Under the pieces are notes generated by a model. That model saw only the letters and a program-made list of their open reading frames with translations, was not told where the DNA came from and did not search any database. A DNA stretch of 63,825 nucleotides, the filler included, from Choristocarpus tenellus KU-1152 (Eukaryota > Protista > Phaeophyceae): NCBI GenBank assembly GCA_964200185.2. It is 10 parts of 10 records of this genome, joined end to end, with 100 filler letters (N's around TTAATTAATTAA, not from the genome) between each part and the next. Parts side by side here need not be neighbours in the genome. Positions count along the whole stretch, not along the records: positions 53,364 to 60,727 come from CAXNAD020006263.1; positions 60,828 to 63,825 come from CAXNAD020023040.1; 8 more parts are not named here. One strand, 5' to 3'. The translations under genes and the position numbers were made by a program. Position 1 is the stretch's first letter. Each line of letters opens with the position of its first letter. Below, piece by piece: positions 60,063 to 63,825 of this stretch.

Positions 60063-60327
60063 GAGTGAAAGTATCTTATTAAGAGAGGGTACGAGTTTTG
60101 CCCTGTTTGTCCATTTGGGGCCTGACTTCCCATGGCGTATTTTTTTGACATTTTCCTACTCCAAAATGTTTCGGAGTAGGTAAAATGTGCAAGTCATGAA
60201 AAGGTGCGTCTGGAACAAGGATATTGACACTTTCCAACGAACACAATAGCCAAAATTACATCAAAATCACAACATTGGATTTTGACCCCAAATGGACGAG
60301 GCCATACCCTCTAAGATACTTTGACTC
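60063..60327 (-). mobile_element. MITE family A copy, TSD TAT
   Basis: GAGTGAAAGTATCTTA...TACCCTCTAAGATACTTTGACTC flanked by TAT; small insertion in one TIR. Confidence 0.92.
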
Positions 60328-60727
60328 TATGGTAGAATAGTAGCTCTCAGTCTCTTTATATTGTGTTCTCTCACCACCCCCAACCATACACAAAGTCCAG
60401 CTTTACATTGAAGTCGAAAACTTCATCCCACTTCAATTGATTCAGGTTGGTCTCTTCCTACACTGTATCCCCTAACTAACCCTGAGGTCCATTTGTAGAT
60501 ATGCGTATGTCACAACCAAACTCCCAAACAATGCCTGCCCGTCATCTACAGGACAACCAGGACCACATCACGTAATTGCACCAATACTTGAATTTCATAC
60601 ACATCAAACTAGCCTGATGAAATGATGCTTGTATTCCACATTTCAATCACAATTATGCTCCCCCCCCCCCTTATCTCATCCCTTACTGCACCGATGTGCC
60701 CCTCCTGAAGAGACCACAAAAACCCTG

Positions 60728-60827
60728 NNNNNNNNNNNNNNNNNNNNNNNNNNNNNNNNNNNNNNNNNNNNTTAATTAATTAANNNNNNNNNNNNNNNNN
60801 NNNNNNNNNNNNNNNNNNNNNNNNNNN
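60728..60827. other. Artificial contig linker
   Basis: N44-TTAATTAATTAA-N44. Confidence 0.97.
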
Positions 60828-60967
60828 GGGTGTCCATTTGGACCGAAATCAGGAAAAGTGCATTTACCTTATCCATCCAACGTATGCAACCAAATCACCC
60901 AAAAATCCCGACATGAAAAATTGACCCCAAATGGACAGCTGCCACCTCCCCCCAGATATTTTGAGCC
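60828..60967 (+). mobile_element. MITE family B, 5'-truncated by contig start
   Basis: Internal sequence plus CCCCCAGATATTTTGAGCC. Confidence 0.88.
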
Positions 60968-61680
60968 GTTAGGAGGGTAAAAGGATACAGTTATGATAAA
61001 CATATAAGAGTTATTTCAACCTTGAAGTTTGACTGGGTGGAGATACACTTCAGAGACACAAAAGATCCTCAACTGTTTTCAGAATTGTTACAAACATCAT
61101 CTCATACACATCAAATATTATCTGGGTAGATGTCAACAAAATACTCCCAACATATTCTAAATATACAGATTTTACACTAACAAGATTACTTTGAACTTTC
61201 CCCTTTTCAAGCTGTCCATGCACATACTTCGCGTTTGCACCATACAAAGCATGGGTTGTGATACATACACCAATCGCTTGTCACACGGCATAATTGGTTA
61301 ACTACTCCAAACAGTGTATGTATCTCCACCAGTGGTATGTACAAGTGCATTACATCACCTATTCCCAACACCCTCCCTTCCCGTGACAACGTTGTTCACA
61401 CTGATATTCATGCTCCTCTTCTTGTATCTTTTACAACTCATGCCGCACATAAGATTGTAAGTCCAACAAGTCCTCATAAATTCTTCCTCGACATTGGATC
61501 AGTCCCTAGTCCTTACAGTATATACTATTCTGAAGTGCCTGATATGCTCGACAATCCCTGCAAGGAGATTGTGTGTGATTGTGTGTCAAAAGAGTATGCT
61601 TCCTTTGATGATATACTTCGAAATATTAGGTCAAGAGTATTTACACCAGCATCAATGTTTGGTCTCCGCACTACACTGAA

Positions 61681-61942
61681 GAGCCAAACCAATTGAGAGG
61701 TTAACAGGTTTGGAACCTCGTGCATTCTAATCCATCATTCTTAACTTGTGTATTACTCTCTATTTCATTGCTTTATGTACGCACAATTAGTGTAGGCAAA
61801 ATCGATATTTCCCTTTTCCATACACGAAGTGACACCACAATTCAACAAAGGCTCTTTCTGCAATTGTACAAAATGGTGCCTTCTTTCCCATTCTCGAGAT
61901 CTTTAAAATGGAACCCTCCCTACCTGTCAGTCGGTTTGACTC
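61681..61942 (+). mobile_element. MITE family C copy (262 bp), 4-bp TSD TGAA
   Basis: GAGCCAAACCAATTGAGAGGT...ACCTGTCAGTCGGTTTGACTC flanked by TGAA. Confidence 0.85.
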
Positions 61943-62249
61943 TGAACTATCAAGACAAGGGAGAGACATTCCCTAATCACCCAGTCCACATGTATTTATT
62001 GACCTCCTTACCGCCGTTGTCTATCTACTGGATATAACAGTGATGGGTTACCAAAACGTATCCATGATGTACTTCCCTTTCACTCAACACTAATGAATAG
62101 TTGTTGCATACCTGGTTATCTACTCCAAACTGTATTTGCAGCTCCACATGTGTGCCCCACAACCTGTTACCAGCACCCTCCCTTTTTGTGACACTGTACA
62201 CTATGCTATCCACAGCCCTCTTAGCACCCTCCACAACTCATGACGCTCA

Positions 62250-63350
62250 TTAATGTAATAACAGGAAGTCCTCTTCAAAACTCCTGGGGAAAAATCCTTG
62301 GGAAAAGTCTTCACTAATCCATGAAACTTCCCAAACTAAAGAAAACTCTCTTCAACATTAATGTTTTTCAATTTCCCTTCCATGGCTTGGAGGCCTTCGT
62401 ATCTTGATCTAATTGTGGGGTTCACCTCCAACACAGATGTATCCTCCTCACCTTATTCCATCTCGATCACTGCCAAATAATAGTATTCAGGCAACTTGCC
62501 CACGAACTTGGAGACAATTTTGTGATCTGGAATTTCAACCTCAACGAAAGCAAATGGCATTACCAACCTCTCCATCTTGGTCAAGAAGGGAAACGAATCG
62601 TCCCCAGTCCGAAGCTTTACACTATTCATCTCAACCTGCACCTTCCTCTTCTCCTGTCTTGTTGGAGAATGTATTCAGTCATCGGTCCACCCAACTGTCA
62701 CATTTGGTGAGCCCGGACTGTCTAAAATCAAAACGCGCAAATATACATGTGAGTAGAGAATATGCCTTCCCCACCATTTGGTATTCCTCCTGATTCTCCA
62801 TCCACATAAAAGTAACGGGTCCTGATACCCGTCCTGTCCCCCCACTGGATTCCCATGGTGGTCCACCTGTGCTCACAACATCAGCCAGACGTATATTCAA
62901 GGTTCTGTCCCCCTCAGATCCCTTGCCACTTTTTGTTGCCACAGGACTTTTCATTGCAAGGAACTTGCACCTTCCCTCCCTGGGCATCCAATCCAGCGAA
63001 TGATGAAGCATCATGACCCATCACCCTTCTTGAACCTATACGCAGTCTGAGAAGCCCTATCCCGCACTGAATCGCTGGACTATAGAGTGCTTTTGAATAA
63101 TCCCTTGTGCTGAGGTGTGCCTCGACTTGGTAGAAGACCTGGATAGTGTCTCCCAACTAATCAAAACAAGGGAATTTGAAGCATTTCTTAACGTCTCCAC
63201 CATCACAGTCCAAGAATCCTCAAATCTAATCTATATCTTCACCTCCGGCACTCTTGTCCTGGCCGGTGAGACACCACACCGCAACAGCAACCATCGGTTC
63301 GCTAGCTTGTTAGGAGATGATCCTTCCCAAGAGTATACTTCTTTTGATTA
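62250..63350 (-). mobile_element. Possible highly decayed LINE remnant
   Basis: Only faint RT-like segments (CIFARFDFRQ, SVKLRTGDDSFPF); no long ORF. Confidence 0.25.
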
Positions 63351-63774
63351 TATATTAGATTAAGATTGTGTACACCGGCATCGGTGTTTGGCCTCTACAC
63401 TAGACTGAAGTACAAAGACAAGGGAGGAGCATTGCCTGACCACCCAGTGTGCTCTGCCCTGGTGGAACAGTGGTATCTCAATGTTTGACGGGTAGTTCAG
63501 CAAGAGAAGCGATCAAACCCATCCATCTCAAGAGCTGTAACTCTTGCGAAGAAATCTTTAATGTTTGAATTGCTGGAGGCTGCTTTACCAACACAAGCAG
63601 TCGTCATTGTCCCAGCAACAAAAGCATCAGTATTTGCCCCAGTTCCTGTGGGACTGCAATGGGTGTTGTCAAGACCAACTTCATGTTACCGATGCTACTT
63701 CAAACCGGCAATCTGAGTAATTGAAGGGTGTGCTTACTGCTAACAAGGAATTTCCATAGAACACTACAACCAAT

Positions 63775-63825
63775 GGCTCAAAAGTATCGGGGGGGGGGGG
63801 GGGGGGAGTGGCTGTCCATTTGGGG
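63775..63825 (-). mobile_element. MITE family B terminus at window end
   Basis: GGCTCAAAAGTATCGGGG...GGCTGTCCATTTGGGG. Confidence 0.8.

Overview
Eukaryotic, intron-rich, transposon-dense genomic DNA. The host is probably a stramenopile (brown alga or relative); this is inferred from the kinase style and ~1 kb introns. The window is not contiguous: nine identical 100-nt linkers (N44-TTAATTAATTAA-N44) join ten contigs. Manual splicing gives six host genes or gene fragments: a Stf0/NodH-like sulfotransferase (-), a TKL-type Ser/Thr kinase (+), a multi-EF-hand protein whose C-terminal part resembles nephrocystin-1 (+, partial), a head-to-head pair of a SAP-motif protein (-) and a CIP2A-like ARM protein (+), and a Q/G-rich terminal exon with NPF/DPF motifs. 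The rest is mobile DNA. Three MITE families share related G(A/G)NNCAAA termini but show 3-bp versus 4-bp TSDs. There is also a TSD-less element with a 58-bp central minisatellite (Helentron/DINE-like), a Tc1/IS630-like deletion derivative, a CAGTAGG-ended element with 42-bp repeats, one LTR family, and decayed Copia and LINE remnants. A four-layer nested insertion can be reconstructed at base level. MITE copies show systematic CG->TG/CA decay. No rRNA, tRNA or CRISPR array was found. All family names come from recalled motifs, not database searches.
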